Shown here piece after piece: positions 18,601 to 27,140 of a stretch of 64,000 nt of DNA. The DNA is from Candidatus Zhuqueibacterota bacterium (GTDB taxonomy: Bacteria; Zhuqueibacterota; QNDG01; JABMRT01), in contig JABMRT010000064.1 of NCBI GenBank assembly GCA_013202295.1, forward strand, positions 3,362-67,361. Reading direction: 5' to 3'. Under the pieces are notes generated by a model that ran no database searches, was not told where the DNA came from, and saw only the letters and a program-made list of their open reading frames with translations. Both the position numbers and the translations under genes were made by a program. Position 1 is the first letter of the stretch; the number at the start of each line of letters is the position of its first letter.

Positions 18601-19670
18601 GGCTCAAGTACTTGATTGAGTGTGAAGGTATCGTAATCATACCAGGTTCCGGCGCTTCGCGGATCTTCAACGACGATGGTGTAGGTCCCGGAAACTGCAG
18701 AGGCATCAATTGTCCATGTGCTTGCTGATGAGAGATTACCACTTGCGTCAGTTGTGACTGTACCGGTCCACATGACTGTACTGGAAGCATTCTCGACACG
18801 GATATTCCGTACACCGCTGGCGTAATAGCTTGAACTTGAAGGCGGCCATCCTTCGCCGCTTACAGTTAAGGTTTCACCAGTGTTCCAGGTGCCACTTGTT
18901 GAGTAGGGCGCACTGTCGCGTGTGTCATATACAAAACCGCGACCGCCGCTTGTGCCCGGTGTGGTCGTACCTGATAAACTGAATGCAGTCGCCATAGAGG
19001 TTGTAGCTACAGAGGCATCGTATATCGTGAGGTTGTCACCGGTTGAGGTGAAGGCAAACATGCGCAGTGGCGTGTCTGCAGAAATGTCATTGGCAATACC
19101 TGCCTGAAGTGCGGTGAATGGAACCTGCACCTCAAGATCATTGCCATTCTCACGGACATATCCTACACCTTCCGGATCAGTTATGCTGAAATCCTGAGTT
19201 TCGCCGGGATTGTAGTAGTAGGTGCGAAGTGTTTCAGTACCTACGCCATCTACCCGAATATCCCAGTCAATGCTGCCGTCTCCATCCACATCAAAAGCGA
19301 TGTGCCAGTAACCGTCTCTGAGTTGGCCCCCACCCACTGGGCCACGGTCCAATTCAATCCTGAAAAAAAGACTTGTACTGGTTGAATTGAAAAAGGCGTT
19401 GCCATCTACATCGAGTTCTCTTGTGAGGCCGTCATCGGCATCCCATTGATCATCCCAGTTATTTGTGTACATTGTGTACCAGCTGCCGGGCCATGCTTCC
19501 TGTGCTTGAAGCGTGACTACTGAGGCTAAAAAGAAGAATAGTATAAATAAAATTCTCAGGAGAGAAAGTGCAGAATTAGATAGAAGCTTTGTTGCTGGGG
19601 AGATGAGACCGGCTAAAGTCTGTTTTTGATTTGTTGCTTGCAGTGTAAGGATCCTTTTGTTTTTAAACAT
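12648..19670 (-). CDS. Giant repetitive adhesin: N-terminal head, 11 choice-of-anchor-D-like Ig repeats, propeller-like (DUF6923-like) insert, 2 SdrD-B-like domains, C-terminal truncated DUF11 acceptor
   Basis: Eleven units E(M/I)xV(Q/T)G...D.T.FG...F.V.FDP...GLR.A.ISI...DE.PY.F.I.GTG (7 before, 4 after the central region); 'NDGASCP'; two '[16 protein letters not shown] / [16 protein letters not shown]' units; ends LVLVKGVD...LDQVP...SFEVTIN-stop. The exact start codon is uncertain. Confidence 0.85.
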   Translation of the reverse strand: MFKNKRILTLQATNQKQTLAGLISPATKLLSNSALSLLRILFILFFFLASVVTLQAQEAWPGSWYTMYTNNWDDQWDADDGLTRELDVDGNAFFNSTSTSLFFRIELDRGPVGGGQLRDGYWHIAFDVDGDGSIDWDIRVDGVGTETLRTYYYNPGETQDFSITDPEGVGYVRENGNDLEVQVPFTALQAGIANDISADTPLRMFAFTSTGDNLTIYDASVATTSMATAFSLSGTTTPGTSGGRGFVYDTRDSAPYSTSGTWNTGETLTVSGEGWPPSSSSYYASGVRNIRVENASSTVMWTGTVTTDASGNLSSASTWTIDASAVSGTYTIVVEDPRSAGTWYDYDTFTLNQVLEPEIDVQGNGASIADGDATPDVADDTEFGSADITTETVSHTFTIENTGSLDLSLTDPSPYVTIGGTHAADFSLTANPSTPITSGGGTTTLTVEFDPSATGLRTATISIANNDLDENPYNFSIQGTGITAPEMNVQGNGASIADGDATPDAADDTEFGNADITTETVSHTFTIQNTGNADLNLTDASPYVTIGGAHAADFSLTANPSTPIALGGGTTTFTVEFDPSVAGLRTATISIANDDSDEDPYNFSIQGTGTAFPEMDIQGNGSSITDGDATPDDSDDTEYGNVDITTGTVSHTFTIQNTGNADLNLTDASPYVTIGGTHAADFTLTANPSTPVASGGGTTTFNLEFNPSAVGLRSATISIANDDSDENPYNFSIQGTGTAIAEMDVQGNGSSISDGDATPDASDDTEFGNADITTGTVSHTFTIENSGSLNLNLTDASPYVIIGGTHAADFSLTANPSTPIAMGGGTTTFTLEFNPTVAGLRSATISIANDDSDENPYNFSIQGTGTAAAEMDVQGNGSSIVDGDATPDVSDDTDFGGITVASGSDSHTFTIINNGSASLTLSDVPAVVISGAHAADFTVTAQPTSPVASGGGSTTFIVKFDPSDSGLRTATISIANTDSDEDPYNFDIQGTGSGLGEMAVTGNTIEIVDGDNTPAAADGTDFGSVDIGGSTASQSFWIENNGTGDLNLTGSPKVVISGTHAADFTVTLQPSSPLSPGSSVEFTVEFDPSATGLRSASISIDNDDGDENPYNFDIQGTGTMAPEIDVQGNSLSIANGDNTPSPTDSTYFGDVDVNSTTVTVTYTIENLGSSSLTLTGSPFVSILGADAADFSVAIQPSSPIASSSRVTFEITFDPSMIGLRTASLSITSDDSDESPYSFAIMGNGIGPGAPLACVPNFFHIMDTDGKITYLDASTNPYTYTIINSAGYRLNAVGYNIEDGLLYGQERDAGIVGDHVVRIDATGTVVVLSATSPIASWKGDCDLSGNLYFVSGPGTQYAVYDISTDVMSAAMPISGTAYAALDIAYMAADGIFYGVSNKDLHWFDPTTGNAGTRAVTGKLADDYDAALNNGSWGATWTANDGYVYVGNNLSGRLYKVNRTTGASVYIGTGTGNLSVNDGASCPLAAAPMPNSGTISDFVWIDYNNNGLQDAGELGLSGVTVSIYESDDTFLNSTTTAADGSYKFQNLSPSEYYLIFSNLPAGFAFTTQDVGGNDAIDSDANAAMGRTANITISVGVIEDSWDAGVITTGIGDYVWDDTNQDGIQDTGETGVPGVTVNLRSQANGTIVQTTTTDAYGVYFFAGVTPPGNYRAEFTNLPGGYVFSPANLGGNDALDSDVNNGQIYTNYYTLTLNNFNPSVDAGMYQLTSPEMDVQGLGNSITDGDVTPDVTDDTDFGSILVSSGTVVHTFTIFNIGAANLTLNGTPTVAISGTHASDFTVNVQPAGTVTPASSTTFQVTFDPSAGGTRQASISIINNDPDENPYNFDIQGTGLAPEMDVQGNSVSIADGDNTPDVLDHSDFGNTDLAIGSVIRTYTIENTGGSDLDLTDNPIVQISGAHAGDFTVNVQPASSTVTSGGGTVTFQVTFDPSATGLRSAAISIANTDLDENPYNFSIQGTGTAAAEMDVQGLGNSIVDGDATPGVSDDTEFGSQDILTGTAVHTFTIYNTGSDDLNLTGIPIIEIGGANAGDYLVSQQPASSTVSSGGGSVTFEVTFNPTLEGLRQATISISNDDSDENPYTFAIQGTGTAVPEMDVQGNKISITSGDVTPDASDFTDFGNTELSGPAITRIFKIHSIGSDTLNLTDASPYVTIGGTHAADFSVTITPSNMIEYGDSTTFQITFDPSATGVRSATISIANDDTDENPYTFAIQGTGDPDPAPLLVLVKGVDKANAAPGDTLTYTVDYSNAGDADATTIIILDQVPPNTTYVENSATGSGTTILFSHDGGGSYNASQTAPVTHLQFQRGALLAPGGSGSISFEVTIN
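17060..18600 (-). repeat. Tandem 384-bp (128-codon) coding repeats within the adhesin
   Basis: Near-identical DNA recurs 384 bp apart, e.g. 'gttccctgaatgctgaagttgtatggattttcatccgaatcatcatttgc' at about 17080 and 17464; shadow ORFs at 17089 and 17473 are near-identical. Confidence 0.85.
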
Positions 19671-19705
19671 GTTTACTGCTGTTACTGAGCTCGAGCATTA
19701 CTCAG

Positions 19706-19720
19706 GCAAAGGGTGTGCCA
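19706..19720 (-). promoter_or_regulatory. Sigma54 (-24/-12) promoter for the DUF11 operon
   Basis: Minus strand reads TGGCAC-ACCCT-TTGC (GG-N10-GC), about 35 nt upstream of ATG 19670, with a long AT-rich region further upstream. Confidence 0.75.
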
Positions 19721-20072
19721 TATTTCTGACTATAAAATGAATAAAGAATACATTGCTGATGTGATTTATTCGTGCAATAAAAACAAAAGGTTATGTATGG
19801 CTGCTATTTTAAAGTATATTATTAATTATAGAAGGATTTCAATGTGAAATTTCAAGGTGTGGCAAAGTGTGAATAATGAAATGATAAAGCCAGTTTTATA
19901 TTACAGTTGTGTCACAAATATGTTAAAAAATTCATTGAACCATCCGAATTTTCACATTTTGTATAAAAAATATTTTGAGATTTATGAAAAAAATTGTGAT
20001 GAATTATGGCATGATGCATCGAGGTACATATCATACTATAGGAAAGCTGAAATTCAGTTGCTAAAAAATAAT

Positions 20073-20100
20073 AAAGTGCCGGGATAATTTCCGGCACTTT
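20073..20100. terminator. Intrinsic terminator-like hairpin downstream of the minus-strand efflux operon
   Basis: AAAGTGCCGG-gataattt-CCGGCACTTT, with a U-rich tail on the minus strand. Confidence 0.6.
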
Positions 20101-20201
20101 GTTCCCAATGCAGGTGAGGGAGGGAGAGGAAGTTTTATTGTTTAGTTAAACATGGTGCATTGAATATTTAAACATTGAACATCCAATATGGATGTTAGAA
20201 T

Positions 20202-20561
20202 TTATTCGAATATCTCATCTGATTCATCTTGCAACAGCACCCAGAATGTATATATCCCAACAGCCGTTCCAAGGGGCATATTCGGCAGATTGATAAAACC
20301 CATGATCACGGCCATGAGACGGGCCCAGTTTTTTCGGGCAAGCAGACCGAATCCAACGATTAATCCCGGCACCGAGATAATCACAAGGAAGTAAGAGATC
20401 ATACTGCCAACTGTATTTAAAATTGCCATCGCTTCAGGATCACCACTAAGTATGCCACTTCCAACAAAAACGGTGGATACGATTAAAGCAGCAAAGATAT
20501 TAGGAACGCTGAGTGCGATGTAAAGCGCACCAAGTATTTTAACATGTTTTTCCATGTTCAT
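20202..20561 (-). CDS. Small integral membrane protein
   Basis: Three to four hydrophobic segments, 'GFGLLARKNWAR...PLGTAVGIYTFWVL'; RBS GAAGGAG. Confidence 0.75.
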   Translation of the reverse strand: MNMEKHVKILGALYIALSVPNIFAALIVSTVFVGSGILSGDPEAMAILNTVGSMISYFLVIISVPGLIVGFGLLARKNWARLMAVIMGFINLPNMPLGTAVGIYTFWVLLQDESDEIFE

Positions 20562-20583
20562 TCAGCTCTCCTTCGTTCTTGTT

Positions 20584-20611
20584 TCCATCCTTCGATTTCG
20601 CTCAGGATGGA
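20584..20611. repeat. REP-like palindrome (CCTTCG...CGCTCAGGATG type)
   Basis: TCCATCCT-tcgatttcgctc-AGGATGGA in a short intergenic gap. Confidence 0.55.
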
Positions 20612-20618
20612 GTGCATA

Positions 20619-21863
20619 TTATTCATATCTTAATGCATCAATCGGATCGATAGTCGCGGCTTTGCGCGCAGGAAAGAATCCGGCTAAAAGGCCGATCAGC
20701 GCGAGCACACCGAACGCGACTCCCATGACAGTGGTTGAAATCACAGGTCTTCCCAGGAATTGCATGACACCCTCTTCAGCTGGCATCAACCACATCATTT
20801 TAACAAGACTCACAGAGATAAGCACACCGACCAGCCCACCCATACCAGCGATTGCCAGAGATTCAAAGATGATCTGAAATATAATGTGACGCCGTTTGGC
20901 GCCCACAGCCCGCTTGATTCCGATTTCGCGCGTGCGTTCCTTCACGACCACATACATGATATTCGCCACGCCCACGCCGGCCACGATCAGAGACATGGCA
21001 CCCAGTACACCGAGAAAGATATTGATGCCCAGAAACATTTTCATCATGACTTGTTCGTTTTCGAGATGGTCCCACATGCCAAGGGCGTCTTCGTCCTTGG
21101 GATCAAACCGATACTTGTTGGCCATCATCTCTCTGATTTGACGAATCACACCCGGATAGACCTGCACGTTTTTGGGTTTGACAATGATGGATCGGACAGT
21201 ACGGTAATTGTAGATGGACTGAAACGTGCTGAACGGGATGATTGCCCGACGTGTATCCGGGCCGTTATTCATTCCCATCTGCATCTTGTTCGGCATGATT
21301 CCTATTACCAAGAATGGGACTCCATCGATATCAAATGTTTTTCCAATCGGCTCTTCGCTTCCGAATAATTCCCCGGCAATCTCAACGCCTAAAAAGACCA
21401 CACGTCGCCGTTCCTCTACATCCTTGTCATTGATAAAGCGCCCACCGGGTCTCGCGTGTGTACTTCGCAAATGTTCAAAATCCGGATATACTCCTTCCAT
21501 CCACGTTGAAGCAATTTTATCGCCATTTCGCATGCGGATCCATGTACCATTTTGCGGGCTGATATATTCAAGATCCGGGATGCTTTCTTTGAGCATGTTA
21601 TAATCATCCATCATGAGATTGATGTCTCGTCCGATAGGCAGGCCTTTGTACCGAATCCGGGTCTGACCACCAAACACGCGGATACTTTGATTACCGGCGC
21701 CGCGGACTCCGATCTTAACCTGTCGTCCCAATCCGGTGCCAAAGGCCATAAGCAGGATGACAGCCAGAGTACCCCAGGTGATGGCCATCATGGTCAGAAT
21801 GGCCCGGGTTTTCTGAGTTTTAATATCCTGAAAAAATTCGCGTAATAAATGAAAGAGTTGCAT
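20619..21863 (-). CDS. MacB/FtsX-family ABC transporter permease
   Basis: 'GVGVANIMYVVVKERTREIGIKRAVGA', C-terminal 'PARKAATIDPIDALRYE', large periplasmic domain. Confidence 0.92.
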   Translation of the reverse strand: MQLFHLLREFFQDIKTQKTRAILTMMAITWGTLAVILLMAFGTGLGRQVKIGVRGAGNQSIRVFGGQTRIRYKGLPIGRDINLMMDDYNMLKESIPDLEYISPQNGTWIRMRNGDKIASTWMEGVYPDFEHLRSTHARPGGRFINDKDVEERRRVVFLGVEIAGELFGSEEPIGKTFDIDGVPFLVIGIMPNKMQMGMNNGPDTRRAIIPFSTFQSIYNYRTVRSIIVKPKNVQVYPGVIRQIREMMANKYRFDPKDEDALGMWDHLENEQVMMKMFLGINIFLGVLGAMSLIVAGVGVANIMYVVVKERTREIGIKRAVGAKRRHIIFQIIFESLAIAGMGGLVGVLISVSLVKMMWLMPAEEGVMQFLGRPVISTTVMGVAFGVLALIGLLAGFFPARKAATIDPIDALRYE

Positions 21864-21872
21864 ATTCTGGCC

Positions 21873-23111
21873 TCAATATCTTAAGCATTCAACGGGATCA
21901 AGCTGGGCCGCTTTTCGTGCGGGAAAAAATCCGGCCAAAAAACCAATACTGCTTAAAATCAGAACGGTAGTAAGCGCCACGGAGAATGAGAGTACAGGTT
22001 GACCGACATATTCTTCAATCGGAAACATGTTGATTAATTTAACCATTCCGATTGATATGCAGAATCCGATCAGAGCGCTGGTGCCGACGATGAGAAAAGT
22101 TTCGAGAAAGAATTCGCCCATGATATGACGGGCCTTTGCGCCCACAGAGCGGCGAATGCCAATTTCCTTTGTGCGTTCCTGGACCACGACATACATGATA
22201 TTGGCCAGACCGATGCCGCCCACGAGCAGGGAAATGCCCCCGATCACTCCGAGAAATATCGTAAACGAGGCAGCAAAATCATACATGAATTTTTCACTGT
22301 CATAAGTATCCCAGATTCCCAGCGTCTCGGTGTCGTCAGGATGGAATGTATACTTCTTAGCCAGAACCGCATACACCTTTTTTTCATTCTGTTTTCCCAT
22401 CATTGGATCTTGATGCTTATAAACCAAGTTCTCAAGGTAACGGTTACCAAACATGGATTTGAATGTACTCGCGGGGATAAAACAACGATCCTGATCACGC
22501 TGATTGTAGGAGGAATCCTGTGTTTTAGGCCGTAATATTCCTATGATCGTGAAAGGAGTATCTCCGATTAAAACCTTTTTACCAATGACATCTACATTCT
22601 CGCCATAAAGAAAGTCCTTCAAACGATCGCCCAAAAAAACCACGCGGCGACGGTTTTTCAGATCATTGTCATTGATCCAACGGCCTCCGGATTGCGGATA
22701 GATATTGCGCATGGGCCCGTATTCAGGAATGATACCTGTAATGCAGGGTTTGTTCATTTTATCTTCGTACCGAACCGGCATACCCCAGCGAGCATATTCC
22801 GGGCTCAAGGAAGCCAATTCCGGGATCTCACGTCTCAAGATCTCGACATCTTCTTCCATGAGTCGAATGGGTCTGTTCCGCCCATATCCTTTATGGGGAA
22901 TGCTGGTGCTTCCGGGCCAGACAATGGCGATGCCTTCGCCCATGCCATGCATGTCCTTAATCAGCTTGCGTCCTAGACCCGTACCAAAAGCCATCAGGAG
23001 AATCACTGTGATGGTGCCCCACATCAATCCGAACATGGTCATAAACGTGCGGCTCTTATATTGCTTGAGATGGTGAAATATCTCTCGTATTGTATCGAAA
23101 AAACGGTTCAT
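21873..23111 (-). CDS. MacB/FtsX-family ABC transporter permease
   Basis: 'GGIGLANIMYVVVQERTKEIGIRRSVGA', 'PARKAAQLDPVECLRY'. Confidence 0.92.
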   Translation of the reverse strand: MNRFFDTIREIFHHLKQYKSRTFMTMFGLMWGTITVILLMAFGTGLGRKLIKDMHGMGEGIAIVWPGSTSIPHKGYGRNRPIRLMEEDVEILRREIPELASLSPEYARWGMPVRYEDKMNKPCITGIIPEYGPMRNIYPQSGGRWINDNDLKNRRRVVFLGDRLKDFLYGENVDVIGKKVLIGDTPFTIIGILRPKTQDSSYNQRDQDRCFIPASTFKSMFGNRYLENLVYKHQDPMMGKQNEKKVYAVLAKKYTFHPDDTETLGIWDTYDSEKFMYDFAASFTIFLGVIGGISLLVGGIGLANIMYVVVQERTKEIGIRRSVGAKARHIMGEFFLETFLIVGTSALIGFCISIGMVKLINMFPIEEYVGQPVLSFSVALTTVLILSSIGFLAGFFPARKAAQLDPVECLRY

Positions 23112-23145
23112 AAAATCATCCAGAAATTAAATTGAAATAGAAAGA

Positions 23146-24243
23146 TCAGGTGATTTCCTCAAATTTTTTCTCAAGCACTTCTTCGCCCTCTTCCAATCCG
23201 GAAATCACCTCAATGAGAATGGCATCACTTAGACCGGTTTCGATTGACCGTTCTTCGGGCGTTTCTCCGTCCGGATTGGGCAATTGAACAAAAGCCGAAT
23301 CATTCCGAAACGTGATCACCCGCTCGGGAAGGGTCAGCACGCTATCTTTTTGAGAAATGATAATATTGGCATTGGCTGAAAATCCGGCACGGAGGACTGC
23401 ATCTCCGGCGTCTGTGATTTTAATTTCCACAGGAAACACTGTGGCATTGTCTACTTTTAATGCTTTTAGTGAAATCAGGCTGACCTGGGCTTCAACGGTT
23501 TTTCCAGGCAGGGCACCGATAATCAACTGGGCATTCATACCTTCTTTAATTTTGCCCACATCGATCTCGTCTACTGTACCCTTAAAGAGGAGATTGTCCA
23601 TATTGGCCATTTTCATTAGTTCTGTGCCGGCCTGATAGCTTGTCAATGGCACAACCGGGTCACCCACATTGATGCTCTTCTCAAGGATGTATCCGGTAAT
23701 TGGCGATTTAATGACTGTCTCAATGTCTGTGCCTTCGATGTTGATTTTGCCTTTTTCAATCAGGTCGAGTCGTTCTTCAGCCATCTTTTTATTGAGTGCC
23801 GCCTGATCGTGTAACTGTTTCATCTGCTCATACTCATAATCCGAGATCAAGCCTTCGGTTTGGAGCTGACGGCTTCTTACAAGCTCTGCTGCAAGTGTTT
23901 TGTATGCGATATCCATTCTTTCAACATTGCGTGTCGTTTCGGCCAGCTCAAGCGGAGTCGGGTCAGGTTTGACTTCAAGGAGAGGATCACCCGCATTTAC
24001 AAAATCGCCGACGCCGACAAACAGATTCTTAACCACGCCTGATACTTTTGATTTAACAGCGATCTCATTGAAAGGCTCAATCGAACCTACAGCAAGCGCT
24101 TTGTCGATGATATTGTTTTTCTCTACTTTTACGGTGCTTACTTCACTGTTCCCTTTATTCCCTCTGGAAGCCACAACCACGGCGATGATCACGACCAAGA
24201 TCACGATGATACCGATCCAGAGTACGGGTTTTTTCATTTTCAT
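23146..24243 (-). CDS. Periplasmic adaptor (membrane fusion protein, MacA-like)
   Basis: N-terminal TM; 'VKSKVSGVVKNLFVGVGDFVNAGDPL'; 'IKSPITGYI'; 'VDEIDVGKIKEG'; 'EVISGLEEGEEV'. Confidence 0.92.
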   Translation of the reverse strand: MKMKKPVLWIGIIVILVVIIAVVVASRGNKGNSEVSTVKVEKNNIIDKALAVGSIEPFNEIAVKSKVSGVVKNLFVGVGDFVNAGDPLLEVKPDPTPLELAETTRNVERMDIAYKTLAAELVRSRQLQTEGLISDYEYEQMKQLHDQAALNKKMAEERLDLIEKGKINIEGTDIETVIKSPITGYILEKSINVGDPVVPLTSYQAGTELMKMANMDNLLFKGTVDEIDVGKIKEGMNAQLIIGALPGKTVEAQVSLISLKALKVDNATVFPVEIKITDAGDAVLRAGFSANANIIISQKDSVLTLPERVITFRNDSAFVQLPNPDGETPEERSIETGLSDAILIEVISGLEEGEEVLEKKFEEIT

Positions 24244-24316
24244 CTGGGTTTCTCCTAGTTGTTTAATTATTAACTGTATTTTAATATAGGATAATACATA
24301 TTCAATTCTATAGCAT

Positions 24317-24344
24317 ATACGGCTGGCTTGAGTGGATTGTTACA
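24317..24344 (-). promoter_or_regulatory. Putative ECF-sigma promoter
   Basis: Minus strand TGTAAC-N17-CGTAT upstream of the adaptor gene; matches the element upstream of the ECF sigma gene. Confidence 0.6.
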
Positions 24345-24416
24345 TGGAAAGACTGCGGGCTATTACATGAATTATTGTTAAGGAGATATTGGATTCGATT
24401 TGATGAAGATGGATAT

Positions 24417-24444
24417 AAAAAAAGCGGCTTGGCAGCCGCTTTTT
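24417..24444. terminator. Intrinsic terminator
   Basis: AAAAAAAGCGGC-ttggca-GCCGCTTTTT just after the stop of the 24464-24907 gene. Confidence 0.75.
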
Positions 24445-24463
24445 CAAGTGCATCTTATTCATT

Positions 24464-24907
24464 TTATTTAAGTCTGAAATCAATCGGGATGGCTATCCAT
24501 ACGTCAACTGGATTTTCATCTTTCAGTGCGGGATCCCATTTTGTTGCTTTGATGGCTTTTACAGCCGCAGCATCGCATTCTACCGAGACTGATTCAGAGA
24601 TTTTCGTTTCAACCACATCGCCGTCTGTATTTACCTTTGCATAAACAACCGTACGTCCTTCGATGCCTGTTTTGCGAGCAATTTCAGGATACTCAAGATT
24701 TTGTTGAATTGCAATAAATCCTCCAACTGGTTTTGGATGCACGTCGTACTCAACGAATTCCACACCTTCCGGGGGATCGGCAGGTTTTTCAACTTCCTTT
24801 TGAGTCATTTCGGTCTGCACTGGATCTTCCATTTTTTCACTGCATGCGGCGACCAGGATCAGGATTGCCAAGATCCCAATCAACAGTTTAAAACCTTTAG
24901 TAACCAT
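24464..24907 (-). CDS. Lipoprotein with TonB C-terminal domain
   Basis: Lipobox LVAAC; 'YPEIARKTGIEGRTVVYAKVNTDG...WDPA...IPIDFRLK'. Confidence 0.85.
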   Translation of the reverse strand: MVTKGFKLLIGILAILILVAACSEKMEDPVQTEMTQKEVEKPADPPEGVEFVEYDVHPKPVGGFIAIQQNLEYPEIARKTGIEGRTVVYAKVNTDGDVVETKISESVSVECDAAAVKAIKATKWDPALKDENPVDVWIAIPIDFRLK

Positions 24908-24927
24908 TCAGCACCTCCTTTAGTGGT

Positions 24928-25977
24928 TTATTGTAATCTGAAATCAACCGGAATGGCAATCCACACGGAAACCGGCCGTGTTTCCTTTTTCGCAGGCTGC
25001 CAGGCGGTTTTTTCGAGGGCCGCCAATGCGGCCTGGTCGAGTGATTCATCCGGTGAATTCACCACACGCGCAGTGGTCATTCGACCGGATGTATCAATCC
25101 GCACATACACCAGAACCCGACCCTCAAGGCCTGCTTTCCGAGCCGGTTCGGGGTAGATCAGATTTTTTGAGATGGCTCCAAATCCACCAACCGGCATGGG
25201 TGGTGCATCATATTCAACAAAATCGATGTCACCATCATCACCTGTTTCGAGTTTGATATCCGGTGAAAGAGAATCAGGATTTGCGGGATCTTTAATTTTC
25301 AATGATTCAATTGCTAAATCATTCAACCAGTTGATGAGAAAACGATGCGATGCACGTGGCTGGCCCGGGGCCATGGCAGTGGCTTCTTCATATATCTCAA
25401 TAAAATGTTGATAATCCGATTGGGATCGAATGGACTGGAACAAGGGTGTCACAGTAATAAACAGCGCTTTTCGCTCCGTGCCGTTTTCCTCCAGTGGTGT
25501 GCCGATGACCGTGGTTTCACCCGATTGACCCGCAACGCGCACGGTGTGCTGTTTCTCAAGCATATCTCCGTGAATCTTAACGATGTAGGATAATCGCCCG
25601 TCCAGCAATCCGCCTGCAGGTTGAATTTCGATCCAGTTGCTTTTGTATTCTGACTGCCATCCGTCTTTATCACTAAACCATGAATAGCAGAGCACGCGGC
25701 GAAGTTTATAGGTCTGGTAATTGTAAATGGATTTTAACCGGTCCTTGACTTCCTCGGCATTCTGCACGACCTCATCCCAGGTCCAGATTGCGGTTTCACC
25801 CGGCAGGATAGGGTACTCCACCGCCTCTTCTGTTGTTTGTGCTTCAAAGGCGTGAACAATAAAAAGAGCTGCAATAGGCTCCTCTCCTTTGACGGATTTT
25901 GGCTTCTCTGTGCAGGAGAGTAGTATTAATATTAGAATTGTAGCGATGATCCAAACAGCCTTTATTTGATGTTTCAT
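24928..25977 (-). CDS. Lipoprotein with unknown N-terminal domain and TonB C-terminal domain
   Basis: Start moved to ATG 25977 (RBS AAAGGA; lipobox LLSC); C-terminal 'YPEPARKAGLEGRVLVYVRID...WQPA...IPVDFRLQ'. Confidence 0.8.
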   Translation of the reverse strand: MKHQIKAVWIIATILILILLSCTEKPKSVKGEEPIAALFIVHAFEAQTTEEAVEYPILPGETAIWTWDEVVQNAEEVKDRLKSIYNYQTYKLRRVLCYSWFSDKDGWQSEYKSNWIEIQPAGGLLDGRLSYIVKIHGDMLEKQHTVRVAGQSGETTVIGTPLEENGTERKALFITVTPLFQSIRSQSDYQHFIEIYEEATAMAPGQPRASHRFLINWLNDLAIESLKIKDPANPDSLSPDIKLETGDDGDIDFVEYDAPPMPVGGFGAISKNLIYPEPARKAGLEGRVLVYVRIDTSGRMTTARVVNSPDESLDQAALAALEKTAWQPAKKETRPVSVWIAIPVDFRLQ

Positions 25978-25991
25978 GGCAAATCCTTTGT

Positions 25992-26456
25992 TTATTCCAT
26001 CCAAATAACAGATAATTTTGGTTCATCGAACTGAAATGTCATGACTTGTGCATCACGTCCGTTGATGGTGGCCCCGTCCACAATGAGGTCGAGTTCTGGT
26101 CCCATATCCTGTTTTATAGATGGATTGCCTATCAGCATCCAAAGCACAAGTACAGCAGCGACCGTTGAAAAACTCCACGCGAGTACTAGCCTGAATCGAG
26201 GTTTGAATATCCATTTTCTTTTTACGGGTGACTTGGTCATTTGGGCGAATACATCCGGCCAGAGATCCGCATTCACCGATTCGGGGATGGACAGATTGCG
26301 GCATTCTTTGATTGTGTCCTCGAAGTCCTGCATGTGATCCCACAATATCCTGCATGACTCACAGGTACGCTGATGCTCCTCGAGTGCTTGCCTGACATCC
26401 ACATACCATGCGGAAGGATCTTTTTCCATCCATCTCTTAAATTGGCGGCAGTTCAT
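25992..26456 (-). CDS. Zinc-finger (ZAS/zf-HC2) transmembrane anti-sigma factor
   Basis: MNC...H-x3-C-x2-C (HQRTCESC), single TM helix, directly downstream of the ECF sigma. Confidence 0.85.
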   Translation of the reverse strand: MNCRQFKRWMEKDPSAWYVDVRQALEEHQRTCESCRILWDHMQDFEDTIKECRNLSIPESVNADLWPDVFAQMTKSPVKRKWIFKPRFRLVLAWSFSTVAAVLVLWMLIGNPSIKQDMGPELDLIVDGATINGRDAQVMTFQFDEPKLSVIWME

Positions 26457-26465
26457 GATTTAATC

Positions 26466-26990
26466 CTATATTAATTTCACAATAATTTTTCGAAGCTGCT
26501 CCTTCGCTTTCATCCGGTGCACCCGCACAGTGGACTCGTTTATGTTCAGAATTTTCGCCACTTCCTTGCCTCTGCGTCCTTCAAGATCCATCAAGATGAA
26601 CACCTGTCTGCGTTTGATTGGCAGCTGGTTCAGCGCCTTTTCCATCAGATCGCGATATTCCAGAATTGCATCCGGGCCAGGATTGCCTGAAGTCAATGGT
26701 CGAACGGGAAGCGGGACGGATTTACGAAACCGGCTCGACCGAACACGATCGGTACAGAGATTGACGAGAATGCGATAGAACCAGGTTGAGAATTTGCTTC
26801 CAGCTCGAAATGATTCGAGAGCCTGATAGGCGCGTATAAAAGCTTCCTGGGAGGCGTCACGGGCTTCATCCCAATCGCGGAGAAATCGATAGGCGGTCTT
26901 GATGGCCATCTCTTCATACGATTCGACCAGATGCCGGTAAGCATGTGTGTTACCCGAAAGGCAATCCTTGATGGCCTGTTGATCAGTCAA
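26466..26990 (-). CDS. ECF-subfamily RNA polymerase sigma factor
   Basis: 'DASQEAFIRAY...FSTWFYRILVNLCTD' (region 2) and 'EVAKILNINESTVRVHRMKAKEQL' (region 4); TTG start. Confidence 0.93.
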   Translation of the reverse strand: MTDQQAIKDCLSGNTHAYRHLVESYEEMAIKTAYRFLRDWDEARDASQEAFIRAYQALESFRAGSKFSTWFYRILVNLCTDRVRSSRFRKSVPLPVRPLTSGNPGPDAILEYRDLMEKALNQLPIKRRQVFILMDLEGRRGKEVAKILNINESTVRVHRMKAKEQLRKIIVKLI

Positions 26991-27020
26991 ATGCTCTCTC
27001 CAAGAAGCGATTTAAATATG

Positions 27021-27048
27021 ATACGATCCATGCATGACTTTCGTTTAT
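27021..27048 (-). promoter_or_regulatory. Putative autoregulatory ECF promoter
   Basis: Minus strand ATAAAC-N17-CGTAT, 30 nt upstream of the sigma start. Confidence 0.55.
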
Positions 27049-27085
27049 TCATATTTAATGATTTGAGATTAAAATCCAAGACAAA

Positions 27086-27110
27086 TAAAAAAGCCGGGAC
27101 AGAGCCCGGC
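27086..27110 (-). terminator. Intrinsic terminator after the TPR gene
   Basis: Minus strand GCCGGG-ctctgt-CCCGGC-TTTTTT. Confidence 0.7.
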
Positions 27111-27140
27111 CGTAGTAAAATTAGATGCTTTTTTTGATAT

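Noticed and set aside
12648..19670. Repeats as a CRISPR array or DGR template
   Set aside because: They are in-frame 384-bp coding repeats with no spacers, cas genes or reverse transcriptase in the window.
4418..19670. Classical chaperone-usher, type V or sortase pilus, or T1SS/RTX adhesin locus
   Set aside because: No PapD/PapC motifs, lipoprotein pilins, LPxTG/sortase or GGxGxD repeats; all subunits have Sec-type signal peptides.
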